DNA from: an uncultured Verrucomicrobiota bacterium | GTDB taxonomy: Bacteria > Verrucomicrobiota > Kiritimatiellia > CAIVKH01 | DNA length: 64,000 nucleotides | Reading direction: 5' to 3' | Assembly (NCBI GenBank): GCA_937996795.1 | Contig: CALKUH010000038.1 | Location: 31,516-95,515 of the forward strand | Shown here: piece after piece, positions 16,066-25,401 of the stretch | How the letters are laid out: the number at the start of each line of letters is the position of its first letter | Position numbering within the stretch: the first letter of the stretch is position 1 | The notes under the pieces: model-generated | Databases searched by the model: none | What the model was told of the DNA's origin: nothing | The model's input: only the letters and a program-made list of their open reading frames with translations | Position numbers and translations under genes: made by a program

Positions 16066-16935
16066 ATGAGCGCGCAGGATGAGGTGATTTATCTGGAGCG
16101 GGATGGGCTGAAGCGGCGATATGTGCTGCATCGGCCGCCCGCGTGTGCGCCGGACCGGACGCATCCGGTGGTGGTGATGCTGGACGGGCGCGGGGGGACG
16201 CCGTGGACAGGCATGAAGAGCACGGGCTGGAATGCCCAGGCGGACGCGCATGGGTTTCTCGTCGCCTACCCCGAGGCCACGCGCATGGACCCTTCCGGGC
16301 CGCTGCATTTCCTGGATAATCCGCAGATGTGGAACGCGGGCATCGGCAGTTCAGACGCCGAGCGGCCGCCGGTGGACGACGTCGGCTTCCTGCGCGCGGT
16401 GCTCGACGATCTTCTCGCGCGCGGCGCGGCGAAGCCGGGACACATCGCGATGTGCGGCTTCTCGAATGGCGCGTCGATGACCTTCCGCTTCGCCGTCGAA
16501 GCCGGCGAACGGCTCGCCGCCATCGGCACCGTCGCCGGGCATTTTCGTTCCGGCCACCAGCCGGGCGCCGCCCTGCCCCTCGCCCACTTCTTCGGCAAAC
16601 TCGACCCGCTGAGTCCCTATGACGGAGGCATGGTCGAACTGCCGTGGGGCCGCACGGAATGGCGACCGCCCGCGCGAGACTCGGCGCAGGCGTGGGCTGC
16701 GCGACTCGGCTGGCGCGAGGATGAAGCGCGCATCGAATCGCGGGACGGCGTAACGATTGAGCGCTGGGGCACGCCAGGCGACACCCGCGAGGTGATGTTC
16801 ACCACCATCCACGACCTCGGCCACGTCTGGCCGGGCGGACATCGGCTGCTTCCGGAAACGCTGGTCGGGAAGGCGTCCGACCGACTCTCCGCGACGGCGG
16901 AACTCTGGTCGTTTTTTGCGCGACACTTCCGATGA
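16066..16935 (+). CDS. Alpha/beta-hydrolase esterase of the PHB-depolymerase (LpqC-like) family.
   Basis: GFSNGASM nucleophile elbow, with a downstream His. Start at MSAQDEV (ATG 16066). The upstream part of the track ORF is AT-rich promoter DNA. Confidence 0.65.
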   Translation: MSAQDEVIYLERDGLKRRYVLHRPPACAPDRTHPVVVMLDGRGGTPWTGMKSTGWNAQADAHGFLVAYPEATRMDPSGPLHFLDNPQMWNAGIGSSDAERPPVDDVGFLRAVLDDLLARGAAKPGHIAMCGFSNGASMTFRFAVEAGERLAAIGTVAGHFRSGHQPGAALPLAHFFGKLDPLSPYDGGMVELPWGRTEWRPPARDSAQAWAARLGWREDEARIESRDGVTIERWGTPGDTREVMFTTIHDLGHVWPGGHRLLPETLVGKASDRLSATAELWSFFARHFR

Positions 16936-17837
16936 GCGGCTGGCTCCAGCGCTATCCGCCGCGCGGGTTGTTTTGCCTGCTGCTTGTGTACATCGTGTGG
17001 GGCAGCACGTATCTCGGCATCCGCTACGCCGTGCGGGAAGGCAGCGGCTTCCCGCCGTTCAGCATGGCGGCGGCGCGCGCGCTGACCGGCGGGTTGATCC
17101 TGCTTGGACTCGGCCTCGCCTTCCGGCACCGGCTGCGCATCACCCGGCGCGAGTTCGGCCTGCTGATGCTGTCCTCGATCCTGCTCTGGAACGGCGGCAA
17201 CGGACTCGTCACCTGGGCCGAGCAGCGCGCGCACTCCGCGTTCGCCGCGCTCGTGGTCGGTTCCACGCCGCTGTACAGCGCCATCGTCGAGGCGATCCTC
17301 AACCGCAAGCGCCCGTCGCTCCTGCTGATCGCTTCGTGGCTGGTGGGACTCGCCGGGTTGTATGTCCTGACCAAACCGGCGCTCGACGCGGGCACGCCCG
17401 CCGACCTCTGGGCGACCGTCGCGCTCCTGCTCGCGCCGCTGAGTTGGAGCATCGGGTCGGCGATCCAGTTGCGGAACCCGCTCGGCCTGTCGACGTTCGC
17501 AAGCTCGGGCTACCAGCAATTGTTCGGCACCATCGGTTTCCTCGTCCTGCTGACCGCCACAGGCGAGCCGGCGCCGCAGCCCACGGCGGAGGCGTGGTGG
17601 GCGTGGGGCTATCTTGTCGTGTTCGGATCCGTGATCGGCTTCACGTCGTTCGTCTACGCGCTGCGCACGCTGCCCGTGCCGGTGGTGATGACGTATGGCT
17701 TCGTGAATCCCGTGATCGCGGTGTTCCTCGGCTGGTTCTTCCTCAGCGAGGCGATCACCCCCACCACGCTCGCCGGCACCGCGCTGATCCTCGCCGGCGT
17801 CGGCGGCGTCTTCCGCGAAAAACACGCGACGAAATAG
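16932..17837 (+). CDS. EamA/DMT-family transporter.
   Basis: 10 TM helices arranged as two EamA repeats. ATGA overlap with the esterase gene. Confidence 0.8.
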   Translation: MSGWLQRYPPRGLFCLLLVYIVWGSTYLGIRYAVREGSGFPPFSMAAARALTGGLILLGLGLAFRHRLRITRREFGLLMLSSILLWNGGNGLVTWAEQRAHSAFAALVVGSTPLYSAIVEAILNRKRPSLLLIASWLVGLAGLYVLTKPALDAGTPADLWATVALLLAPLSWSIGSAIQLRNPLGLSTFASSGYQQLFGTIGFLVLLTATGEPAPQPTAEAWWAWGYLVVFGSVIGFTSFVYALRTLPVPVVMTYGFVNPVIAVFLGWFFLSEAITPTTLAGTALILAGVGGVFREKHATK

Positions 17838-17840
17838 GAG

Positions 17841-17978
17841 TTTACCACGGAGACACGGAGCACTCGGAGAGTACAACCACGAATAGACACGAATGCACAC
17901 AACTCATAAAGCATACGGATTCGTGTTCATTCGTGATTCGTTTCTTCTCCGCGTCCTCCGTGCCTCCGTGGTGAATTT
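17841..17978. repeat. ~135-bp compound imperfect palindrome that fills the convergent EamA/murJ intergenic gap.
   Basis: The outer arms (accacggagacacggagcactcggagag and its near-reverse-complement ctc..ctccgtgcctccgtggt) and the inner arms (cacgaatagacacgaatgc and gattcgtgttcattcgtgattcg) surround a ~18-nt loop. The region is AT-richer than its surroundings. Confidence 0.5.
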
Positions 17979-19649
17979 TTACTTCGCGACGCGGCGGCGC
18001 AGGGCGTCGCGGGCGAAGCCGAGTTCGGGGGCGCGCAGCGCGAGGGCGGCGCCGAAGTAAGCGGCGATGCCGGTCGCGATGGCGAGCAGGACGGATCCGA
18101 CTTCAACCAGTTTGGCTGGCGCACCGGACTGCGCGAGGCCCGCTGCCAGCGCGGGACGGACGGCGAGCAGGATCACCGCCATTACGGCGGAGCACGCCAG
18201 CGCACGCGACGCCGCCGCAAACACCGGACGCCACTCCAGCGCGCCGAGACGCCGCTGGAGCAGGACGCCGAGCGTGATGCCGTTGACGCCCTCCGACAAC
18301 ACCGTCGCGAACGCGAGCCCGGCGTGTTTCAGGTCGTGCGGCCACGTCAGCACGAACGCCACGTTCAATGCAAAATTCAGCGCGACCGCGCGCAGCCCGA
18401 TGCGGAACGGCGTGCGCGTGTCCTGCAATGCGTAGAAGGCGGGCACAAACACCTTCGCGAGGCAGAACACCATCAGGCCCGGCGCGTAGAATTGCAGCGC
18501 GATGGCGGTGTGCGACACGGCGGCGGCGTCGAACCGGCCCCATCCGAAAATCATCTGCACGATCGGCTCCGCCAGCACGAGCAGGCCGATGGACGCGGGG
18601 ATCATCACGAACAGCAGCGTGCGCAGCGAATGACCCAGTGTCTGGCGCATCTCCGCGTGGTCGCCGCGCGCCGCGTGCCCGGAAAACACCGGCAGCAGCA
18701 CCGTGCTCATCGCCGTGGCGAGCAGGCCCTGCGGGAAATACAGCAGGCGCTCGGCGTAAAACAGCGACGCGGGCGCCCACTCCGCGGCCCAGCGCGCGAG
18801 CAGCGTGTTGACCATCACATTAACCTGCGTCACCGACTGGCCCAACGCGGTGGGGCCCATCAGCGTGAATACGCGCCGGACGCGCGCATCCGACGTATCC
18901 CACGTGAACCCCGGCCGGAACCCGCGCCGCATCAGCGCCGGCACCTGCACACCCATCTGCACGAGGCCCGCGACGAAGACGGCCGCCGCGATGCCGTAGA
19001 TCTGCTGCTCCGGCGTGTCGCCAAGACGCGGGCAAACCAGCAGCACGAACCCGATCCACACCATGTTCAGCAGGCTCGGCGTGAACGCGGGCAGCGAGAA
19101 CTGGTGGCACGCGTTGAGCATCGCCATGAACAGGCCCGCGAGGCAGATGAACACCACGTACGGCAACATCACGCGCATCAGCGGCAGCAGGTGCGGCGCG
19201 CGCTCCGCGAGGTCGGGGTTCAACCCTTCGAGGGCAAAGGTCCCGAGGATGAGGAGGAGGACGAGGAGCGAGAGGAAGGCCGCCACGAGCGTCACGGTCT
19301 TGCGCGCGACGAGCCACGCGGAGGCATCGCCCTCCTCGCGCCGGGTCGCCATGAACACGGGCACGAAAGCCGACGACAAGGCCCCCTCGCCGAAGAGGGC
19401 GCGGAAGAGGTTGGGCAGGCGGAACGCGACGACGAAGTCCGACATCACCGCGCTGGTGCCGAAGAGGCTCGCGGTCAGCGTGTCACGCACCAGCCCGAGC
19501 ACGCGGCTCAGCGACGTAAAGCTGCCAACCTTGAAGGCCGAGCGGATGACGCGGTTTTTCTCCACAGAGCGCTGGATGATGCCGGGAAGCGCACGGGAAC
19601 GGAAGCCCGATTCCAAAACCCGCCCGATCCGGCGGGTGACGCAACTCAA
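17979..19649 (-). CDS. murJ: Lipid II flippase MurJ/MviN.
   Basis: LSRVLGLVRDTLTASLFG…FVVAFRLPNLFRALFGEGALSSAFVPVF, with 14 TM helices. The exact start is uncertain. Confidence 0.8.
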   Translation of the reverse strand: MSCVTRRIGRVLESGFRSRALPGIIQRSVEKNRVIRSAFKVGSFTSLSRVLGLVRDTLTASLFGTSAVMSDFVVAFRLPNLFRALFGEGALSSAFVPVFMATRREEGDASAWLVARKTVTLVAAFLSLLVLLLILGTFALEGLNPDLAERAPHLLPLMRVMLPYVVFICLAGLFMAMLNACHQFSLPAFTPSLLNMVWIGFVLLVCPRLGDTPEQQIYGIAAAVFVAGLVQMGVQVPALMRRGFRPGFTWDTSDARVRRVFTLMGPTALGQSVTQVNVMVNTLLARWAAEWAPASLFYAERLLYFPQGLLATAMSTVLLPVFSGHAARGDHAEMRQTLGHSLRTLLFVMIPASIGLLVLAEPIVQMIFGWGRFDAAAVSHTAIALQFYAPGLMVFCLAKVFVPAFYALQDTRTPFRIGLRAVALNFALNVAFVLTWPHDLKHAGLAFATVLSEGVNGITLGVLLQRRLGALEWRPVFAAASRALACSAVMAVILLAVRPALAAGLAQSGAPAKLVEVGSVLLAIATGIAAYFGAALALRAPELGFARDALRRRVAK

Positions 19650-19789
19650 CGAAACCCGGCCCCAAGTGTCAGACCTTTTCGCGCCCGTTCGTTGTCCGCA
19701 TGGCGCTTGACGGGGTGACCTGCAAAACCTAGGCTTTCCGGCTTATTTCAACCCAGAAACACACACCCGAAACGCGCTCGTAATTCCTT

Positions 19790-22700
19790 ATGTCCAAAAG
19801 TCTTGACGAAAAAATCAAGGGGGCGCTCCTGCCCGGGGATCAAACGCAGCCGGATTTCTTCGACAAGAAGACAGGTCCTTTTTTCCGACGCGCGGACTGG
19901 TGGGCCTTCTGGGTCACGTTCCTCCTTTCATTCGGCGTCTATTTCTACACCAACGCGCCGACGGTGACGCTGGAGGACTCGGGCGAACTCGCGGTGGCCT
20001 CCGACTATCTCGGCGTGCCGCATCCGCCCGGCTACCCGATCTGGACGCTGGTCACGTGGTTCTTCCAGTGGATTTTCCACTGGGTTCGCTATTACGGCCA
20101 GCCCGACGGCAACCTCACGCTTGTCCTTCGCTCGCTAAAGGACGTCATGGATGGCGGCGGTTTCCAGGGTCATCCGAACCCGGCGTGGTCGGTCGGGTTG
20201 TGCTCCGGATTCTTCAGCGCGCTCTCGGCCGCGTTCCTCGCGCAACTCGTCAGCCGCTCCGGCGCCGACATCCTGCGCGGACTCGGCAAGACGACGGAAC
20301 TGATCGGCATCCAGAAGGAATCGCTGATCTGCTGGGTGGCCGGCGTCACCGGCGGCCTGCTCTTCGCCTTCAGCCCGGTGCTGTGGTCGCAGGCGACAAT
20401 CGTCGAAGTGTACGGCATGAACGCCTTCTTCATGGCGTTGACGATGCTGCTGATGTACCGGTGGATGTGCAGGCCCCACGAGGACAAGACGCTTTACGTC
20501 ACCGGCTTCGTGTTCGGCCTCGGGTTGACGAACCACCAGGCGCTGCTCTTCATGGCGCCGGCCCTGCTCACCGCGATCGCGCTGCGCGATGTGCGACTGT
20601 TCCGCGACGCCATCGCGGGCGCGTTCTGGCTGATGGCGGCGGTCCTGTTCGCCCTCGCCTACAAGATGGGCGCGGTCACCGCGGCGGAAAACATCCAGGC
20701 CAAGCAGGGCCTCATCGTCGTGGGGCTGATCTTCCTCGCCTCGCCGATTGGCGTCTTCCTGATCGAGCGCAAGCTGATGACGGAGTGGAAGCGCGTGCTG
20801 ATCCTCGTCGCCGCCGCCGGCCTCGGCCTCTCGTTCTACGCCTACCTGCCGTTCGCGTCGGAACAGAACCCGCCGATGAACTGGGGCTACCCGCGCACGC
20901 AGGAGGGCTTCATCCACGCCGTCTCGCGCGGCCAGTATGAGAAGATCGACCCGGCCGCGAACTTCCGCGACGCCATCGCGCGCCCCGGCTACTTCGGCAA
21001 GATGCTCGAGGACGTGATCGTGGACCCCGTCGGCTACGTCTCGGTCGTCGCGCAATTCACCTGGGCCATCTCCCTCTTTGCGCTCTTCTGCCTGTTCGCC
21101 ATCCCCTCGCTGCTGATCTACAACCGCGTCAAGGCCGGGGCAACCTTCGGCGAGGCGCTGGGCCGGACGGCGGGCGTGTGGTTCATGTGTTTCCTCGCCC
21201 TTTTCCTGATCCCGCTGTTATGCGTCGCGCTCTTCACGATGCTGTTCCCGATTCCCGCCCCGCTGATCCTCGTCGTGTGCGGCATCCCCGCCTGCCTCGT
21301 GCTGATCCGCATGCACCACTGGTTCGATGAGGACAAACTCGGCAGCGGCGTGCGCTGGGTGCTGACCTCGTTCGTCATGTTCCACTCGCTCACGGTGATC
21401 TTCCTGATCTTCCAGTGGCCGAAACTCGACGTGCAGACGCTGTTCATCGGCCGCGTGCAATACATCCAGTCCCACGCGATCTGGGCGATGTGGATCAGCT
21501 ACGGCATGCTGCTCGCCGTCGCCTGGCTCGACACCGCGCTCAAGGGCAACCGGCTCGTGCTCTACGCCGGCTGCGCGCTGATCCTCTCCCTCTCCGCCGT
21601 GCCCGTCCTGAAAAACGCGTACGATGACAAATTCATCCAGCTCGTCGGCGGCGCGGAGCAAAATGGCCACGACTTCGGCTGGCAGTTCGGCGCGTGGCAG
21701 CTTGAGGGCGCCGCCGCCATCCGCGCGGAAATTTCCGAGGAGGAGCGCGCGGCCTTCCCGAACCCCGACTACCCCCCGCGCATGACCACCAACGCGGTCT
21801 TCTTCGGCGGCACCGACCCGGGCCGGTTCGTGCCGACCTACATGATCTACTCCGCGCACTACCGCTCGGACGTGTTCCTCATCACGCAGAACGCGCTCGC
21901 GGACAACACCTACATGAACGTGATGCGCGACCTGTACGGCGACCAGATCTGGATCCCGTCGCAGCAGGACAGCAACTTCGCGTTCCAGCGCTATGTCGAG
22001 GACGTGCGCGCCGGGCGCATCCAGGCGGGCGCCGACGTCTCGTTCGAGGGCGGCCGCGTCAGCGTGCAGGGCGTGCAGGGCGTCATGACGATCAACGGCA
22101 TCCTCGCGCGCATGATCTTCGAGGCGAACAAGGCCAAGCACGACTTCTATGTCGAGGAAAGCTACGTCATCCCGTGGATGTACCCCTACCTCACGCCGCA
22201 CGGCCTGATCATGAAGATCAACAAGGAGCCGGTTCCGGAAATCACGCCGGAGATGGTGAAGAACGACCGCGAGTTCTGGGACTGGTACACGAAGCGCCTC
22301 ACCAGCAACCCGAAATTCGTCCGCGACGTTGTCGCGCGCAAGACCTTCTCCAAGCTGCGCAGCGCCATCGCGGGCCTCTATGCCTACCGCCGCCTTTTCG
22401 ACGAGGCGGAGTACGCGTTCCAGCAGGCGATCGACCTCTATCCGCTCAGCCCGGAGGCCAACTTCCGCCTCGCCGACATTGAGATGCAGCAGTTCCGTTT
22501 CACAAAGGCGCGCGAGGTGATTGAGGCCTTCCTCAAGGAAGATCCGGGCAACGACCGCGTCGCGGAGTTCCTCGTGCAAATCCGCCAGCTCGAGACGCTC
22601 GACAACCGCCGCCGCGAACTGGAACCGCAGATGGCGCAGGGCGCCGACGTGAACCTCGCGCTCGAACTGGCCGACATCTACCGCCAGATGAACATCATGC

Positions 22701-23083
22701 ACCTCTTCGAGAACCTGACGCAGAACATCCTGCGGCAGGACCAGCTCCCGCCCGCCATCTACCTGCGCATTGCCGAGATGTACGCGGGCGCGCAGCGCGG
22801 CGACCTGCTCGTCACCGCGCTCGAACGCTACCTGCAAAAGGAGCCGTCCAACCCGCGCATCTGGTTCGACCTCGCCGGCGTGCAGGCGCAATTGCAGCGC
22901 AGCAACGACGCCATCCGCACGCTGCGCCGCGCGATTGAACTCGGCGGCGAAGCGGTCCGCGACATGGTGCGGAAGGACCGCCGCTTCGACCCGCTGCGCG
23001 ACGCGCCGGAATTCCGCGCAATCGTCCCGCCCGTCCAGTCGCGCCTCGACCTCCCGGTCAACCTGAACATCCCCGGGCTGTAA
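19790..23083 (+). CDS. DUF2723 (TMEM260-like GT-C-fold) polytopic membrane protein with a C-terminal TPR-repeat domain. Putative protein/lipid glycosyltransferase.
   Basis: The N-terminal DSGELAVASDYLGVPHPPGYPIW block is typical of DUF2723. More than 15 TM segments. C-terminal TPR-like helices (AGLYAYRRLFDEAEYAFQQAIDLYP…). Confidence 0.65.
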   Translation: MSKSLDEKIKGALLPGDQTQPDFFDKKTGPFFRRADWWAFWVTFLLSFGVYFYTNAPTVTLEDSGELAVASDYLGVPHPPGYPIWTLVTWFFQWIFHWVRYYGQPDGNLTLVLRSLKDVMDGGGFQGHPNPAWSVGLCSGFFSALSAAFLAQLVSRSGADILRGLGKTTELIGIQKESLICWVAGVTGGLLFAFSPVLWSQATIVEVYGMNAFFMALTMLLMYRWMCRPHEDKTLYVTGFVFGLGLTNHQALLFMAPALLTAIALRDVRLFRDAIAGAFWLMAAVLFALAYKMGAVTAAENIQAKQGLIVVGLIFLASPIGVFLIERKLMTEWKRVLILVAAAGLGLSFYAYLPFASEQNPPMNWGYPRTQEGFIHAVSRGQYEKIDPAANFRDAIARPGYFGKMLEDVIVDPVGYVSVVAQFTWAISLFALFCLFAIPSLLIYNRVKAGATFGEALGRTAGVWFMCFLALFLIPLLCVALFTMLFPIPAPLILVVCGIPACLVLIRMHHWFDEDKLGSGVRWVLTSFVMFHSLTVIFLIFQWPKLDVQTLFIGRVQYIQSHAIWAMWISYGMLLAVAWLDTALKGNRLVLYAGCALILSLSAVPVLKNAYDDKFIQLVGGAEQNGHDFGWQFGAWQLEGAAAIRAEISEEERAAFPNPDYPPRMTTNAVFFGGTDPGRFVPTYMIYSAHYRSDVFLITQNALADNTYMNVMRDLYGDQIWIPSQQDSNFAFQRYVEDVRAGRIQAGADVSFEGGRVSVQGVQGVMTINGILARMIFEANKAKHDFYVEESYVIPWMYPYLTPHGLIMKINKEPVPEITPEMVKNDREFWDWYTKRLTSNPKFVRDVVARKTFSKLRSAIAGLYAYRRLFDEAEYAFQQAIDLYPLSPEANFRLADIEMQQFRFTKAREVIEAFLKEDPGNDRVAEFLVQIRQLETLDNRRRELEPQMAQGADVNLALELADIYRQMNIMHLFENLTQNILRQDQLPPAIYLRIAEMYAGAQRGDLLVTALERYLQKEPSNPRIWFDLAGVQAQLQRSNDAIRTLRRAIELGGEAVRDMVRKDRRFDPLRDAPEFRAIVPPVQSRLDLPVNLNIPGL

Positions 23084-23103
23084 CCCGCGCGCCGGGCGCG
23101 CGG
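23084..23103 (+). terminator. GC hairpin (ccgcgcgc-cgg-gcgcgcgg) immediately after the stop of the DUF2723 gene.
   Basis: 8-bp perfect GC stem with a 3-nt loop. No U-tract, so intrinsic-terminator status is uncertain. Confidence 0.3.
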
Positions 23104-23156
23104 ATTCGGGAACTTGGGACTTGGAACTTGCGCCGCGCGGCGAATACTGGTTGTTG

Positions 23157-24140
23157 ATGTCGCGCTCTTCCACACGACTCCGCCGGCTGGCCTTCGCGTG
23201 TCCCCTGCTGCTCGTATGCGCCCTCTTCCTCGGCCCCGGGTGGCGCGAGCCGTGGACGCTGCTGGATGCGGAACATCGCGGCATCCTCGCGCTGCGCGGC
23301 TGGCGCGTGTTGCTCGGCGCGGTGAGCGGGGCCTCCCTGGCCGCGGCGGGCGTCGTGCTGCAGGCGATCCTTCGCAATCCGCTCGCGGAGCCCTATATCC
23401 TCGGCGTGTCCGCGGGCGCGGGCGTGGGCGCCGCCTCGGCGATCGTGTGGGGCGGCCTGGCGCTCGGCGCGCTGATCCTGCCGATGGGCGGATTTGCCGG
23501 CGGACTGCTCAGCCTGATGGCGGTGTACAGCCTCGCGCGCGTGGACAGCCGCACGGCGCCGCACACGCTGATCCTCGCGGGCGTGGCGTGGGGCGCGCTG
23601 TGCAGCAGCATCCTGATGTTTTTCGTTTCACGTTCGAGCGCGGAGGGGCTCCACGCGGTGTCGTGGTGGTTCCTCGGCGACCTGCAAGTCTACGACACCG
23701 GCCTCGTCGCCGCGGTCGCCCTCGTGAACACGCTGGCGCTGCTCGCCATCGGTTCGCAGGCGCGCTCGCTGGACGCGTTGACGCTGGGTGATGAACTGGC
23801 GGGACACCTGGGCCTTCCGACGGAACGCCGGAAGCTCATGCTGCTCGCCCTCGGCACCCTGCTCGCGTCGGCCAGCGTCAGCGCCTGCGGGTTGATCGCC
23901 TTCGTCGGCCTCGTGATCCCGCACGCCGCGCGCAGCCTGGTCGGCCCCGGACATCGCCGCCTGCTGCCCGCGTCCATCCTGCTCGGGGCCGCCTTCCTCG
24001 CGCTCGTGGACGGGCTGGGACGCACGCTGTTCTACCCCGTTGAAATTCCCGTCGGCATCTTCACCGCGCTCGTCGGCGCGCCCTTTTTCCTCGCCCTGCT
24101 GCGAAGGAAACGCCGCGACATGTGGGGGCACGGCCCATGA
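23157..24140 (+). CDS. FecCD-family ABC transporter permease (iron-siderophore/cobalamin type).
   Basis: LQAILRNPLAEPYILGVSAGAG… FecCD signature. ATGA overlap with the ATPase gene. Confidence 0.8.
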   Translation: MSRSSTRLRRLAFACPLLLVCALFLGPGWREPWTLLDAEHRGILALRGWRVLLGAVSGASLAAAGVVLQAILRNPLAEPYILGVSAGAGVGAASAIVWGGLALGALILPMGGFAGGLLSLMAVYSLARVDSRTAPHTLILAGVAWGALCSSILMFFVSRSSAEGLHAVSWWFLGDLQVYDTGLVAAVALVNTLALLAIGSQARSLDALTLGDELAGHLGLPTERRKLMLLALGTLLASASVSACGLIAFVGLVIPHAARSLVGPGHRRLLPASILLGAAFLALVDGLGRTLFYPVEIPVGIFTALVGAPFFLALLRRKRRDMWGHGP

Positions 24141-24910
24141 ACGCCGTCGCGCTTTCCGCCGTGCGTGTCACCACCGGCTACCGGCGGCTGCCGGTGCTGC
24201 ACGAACTTTCCGTGACCGCCGCGCCGGGCGAGGTGCTCGGCTTGATCGGCCCCAACGGCGCGGGCAAAACCACGCTGCTCCGCCTGCTGAGCGGCATCCA
24301 CGAGCCGTGGACCGGCCGCGTCCTGCTGGGTGACCAGCCGCTCGCCGGGTTCAGCCCCCGCGAACGCGCGCGCCACATCGCGTTCGTCCCGCAGGGCGTC
24401 ACCATTCCCGTTCCGTTCACCGTCGCGGATGTCGTGGCGATGGGCCGCGTGCCCTATCTCAGCGGCTGGGCGCCGCTCGCGCCGGCCGACGAAGCCGCCG
24501 TGCGGCAGGCGCTTGAGCAGGTCGGGCTGGCCGACCGGGCGGACACGTCCATCCACGCGCTGAGCGCCGGGGAACAGCAGCGTGCGCTGCTTGCGCTCGC
24601 GCTCGCCCAGCAGCCCCGCGTGCTGCTGCTCGACGAACCGACCGCGCACCTCGACCTGCACCACGCATGGCATCTCATGGAACTGGTGCGCGACCTCGCG
24701 CGCGCCCAGGCGCTGGTCGTCGTGCTCTCCACGCACGACCTCTCCCTCGCCGCGTCGTGCTGCACCCGCCTCGCGCTGCTGGAAAAGGGAACGCTCGCCG
24801 CCAACGGAAGCCGCGACGACGTGCTGCGCGCCGACCTCCTGTCAGGCGTCTACGGCCATGCGCTCGGCGTCACGGTCGCGAACGAACGCTGGTGGGTGCA
24901 TCCGGCGTAG
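24137..24910 (+). CDS. ABC transporter ATP-binding protein (FepC/BtuD-like).
   Basis: Walker A GPNGAGKTT, signature LSAGEQQR, Walker B LLLDEPT. Confidence 0.85.
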   Translation: MNAVALSAVRVTTGYRRLPVLHELSVTAAPGEVLGLIGPNGAGKTTLLRLLSGIHEPWTGRVLLGDQPLAGFSPRERARHIAFVPQGVTIPVPFTVADVVAMGRVPYLSGWAPLAPADEAAVRQALEQVGLADRADTSIHALSAGEQQRALLALALAQQPRVLLLDEPTAHLDLHHAWHLMELVRDLARAQALVVVLSTHDLSLAASCCTRLALLEKGTLAANGSRDDVLRADLLSGVYGHALGVTVANERWWVHPA

Positions 24911-24918
24911 GACGAGGT

Positions 24919-25401
24919 TCAGAGCCAGCCCAAATGCAGGGCGGCGCGATAAATCGCGTGGTTCACCGCCAGCGCGTAGAGCGCGGCAAAGACGTCGTCG
25001 ATGACAATGCCGACGCCGCCGGTCAGGCGCTGGAGTCCGTTCGCCGGCCAGATCTTGGCGATGTCGAAGAAGCGGTTGGTGACGAAGGCGACCGCCATCA
25101 TCACGAGGCCGTGCGGGTGATCCCACACCGGCAGGCCGATCATGCAGATCGGGAACGTCAGGTACTCGTCCGCCACGCAGGGCTTCGGATCCTTCGTCTT
25201 CAACTGGTTTTCGACGGCCTGGCTCAGCGGCACGGCGATGAGCGTGCAGAGGATCGCGATGATGATTTGCGCCGGCACATCGAAGCGGTTGTTGATCCAC
25301 CACACGAGCGGAAGGCCGAGCAGGCAGCCGGCGGTGCCCGGCGCAAACGGGCTGTAGCCGAGGCCAAAACCCGAACCGATGAAAGCGAGCACACGATTCA
25401 T
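24919..25401 (-). CDS. pgpA: Phosphatidylglycerophosphatase A.
   Basis: FIGSGFGLGYSPFAPGTAGCLLGLPL… PgpA family. Confidence 0.8.
   Translation of the reverse strand: MNRVLAFIGSGFGLGYSPFAPGTAGCLLGLPLVWWINNRFDVPAQIIIAILCTLIAVPLSQAVENQLKTKDPKPCVADEYLTFPICMIGLPVWDHPHGLVMMAVAFVTNRFFDIAKIWPANGLQRLTGGVGIVIDDVFAALYALAVNHAIYRAALHLGWL

Noticed and set aside
19690-19760. GTGACC hexamer in the murJ/DUF2723 divergent promoter (cttgacggggtgacctgcaaaacc) as another copy of the 11.4-kb palindrome unit.
   Set aside because: It is a single hexamer occurrence and such hexamers are expected by chance in GC-rich DNA. The region is better read as a TTGACG-17-TAGGCT promoter.
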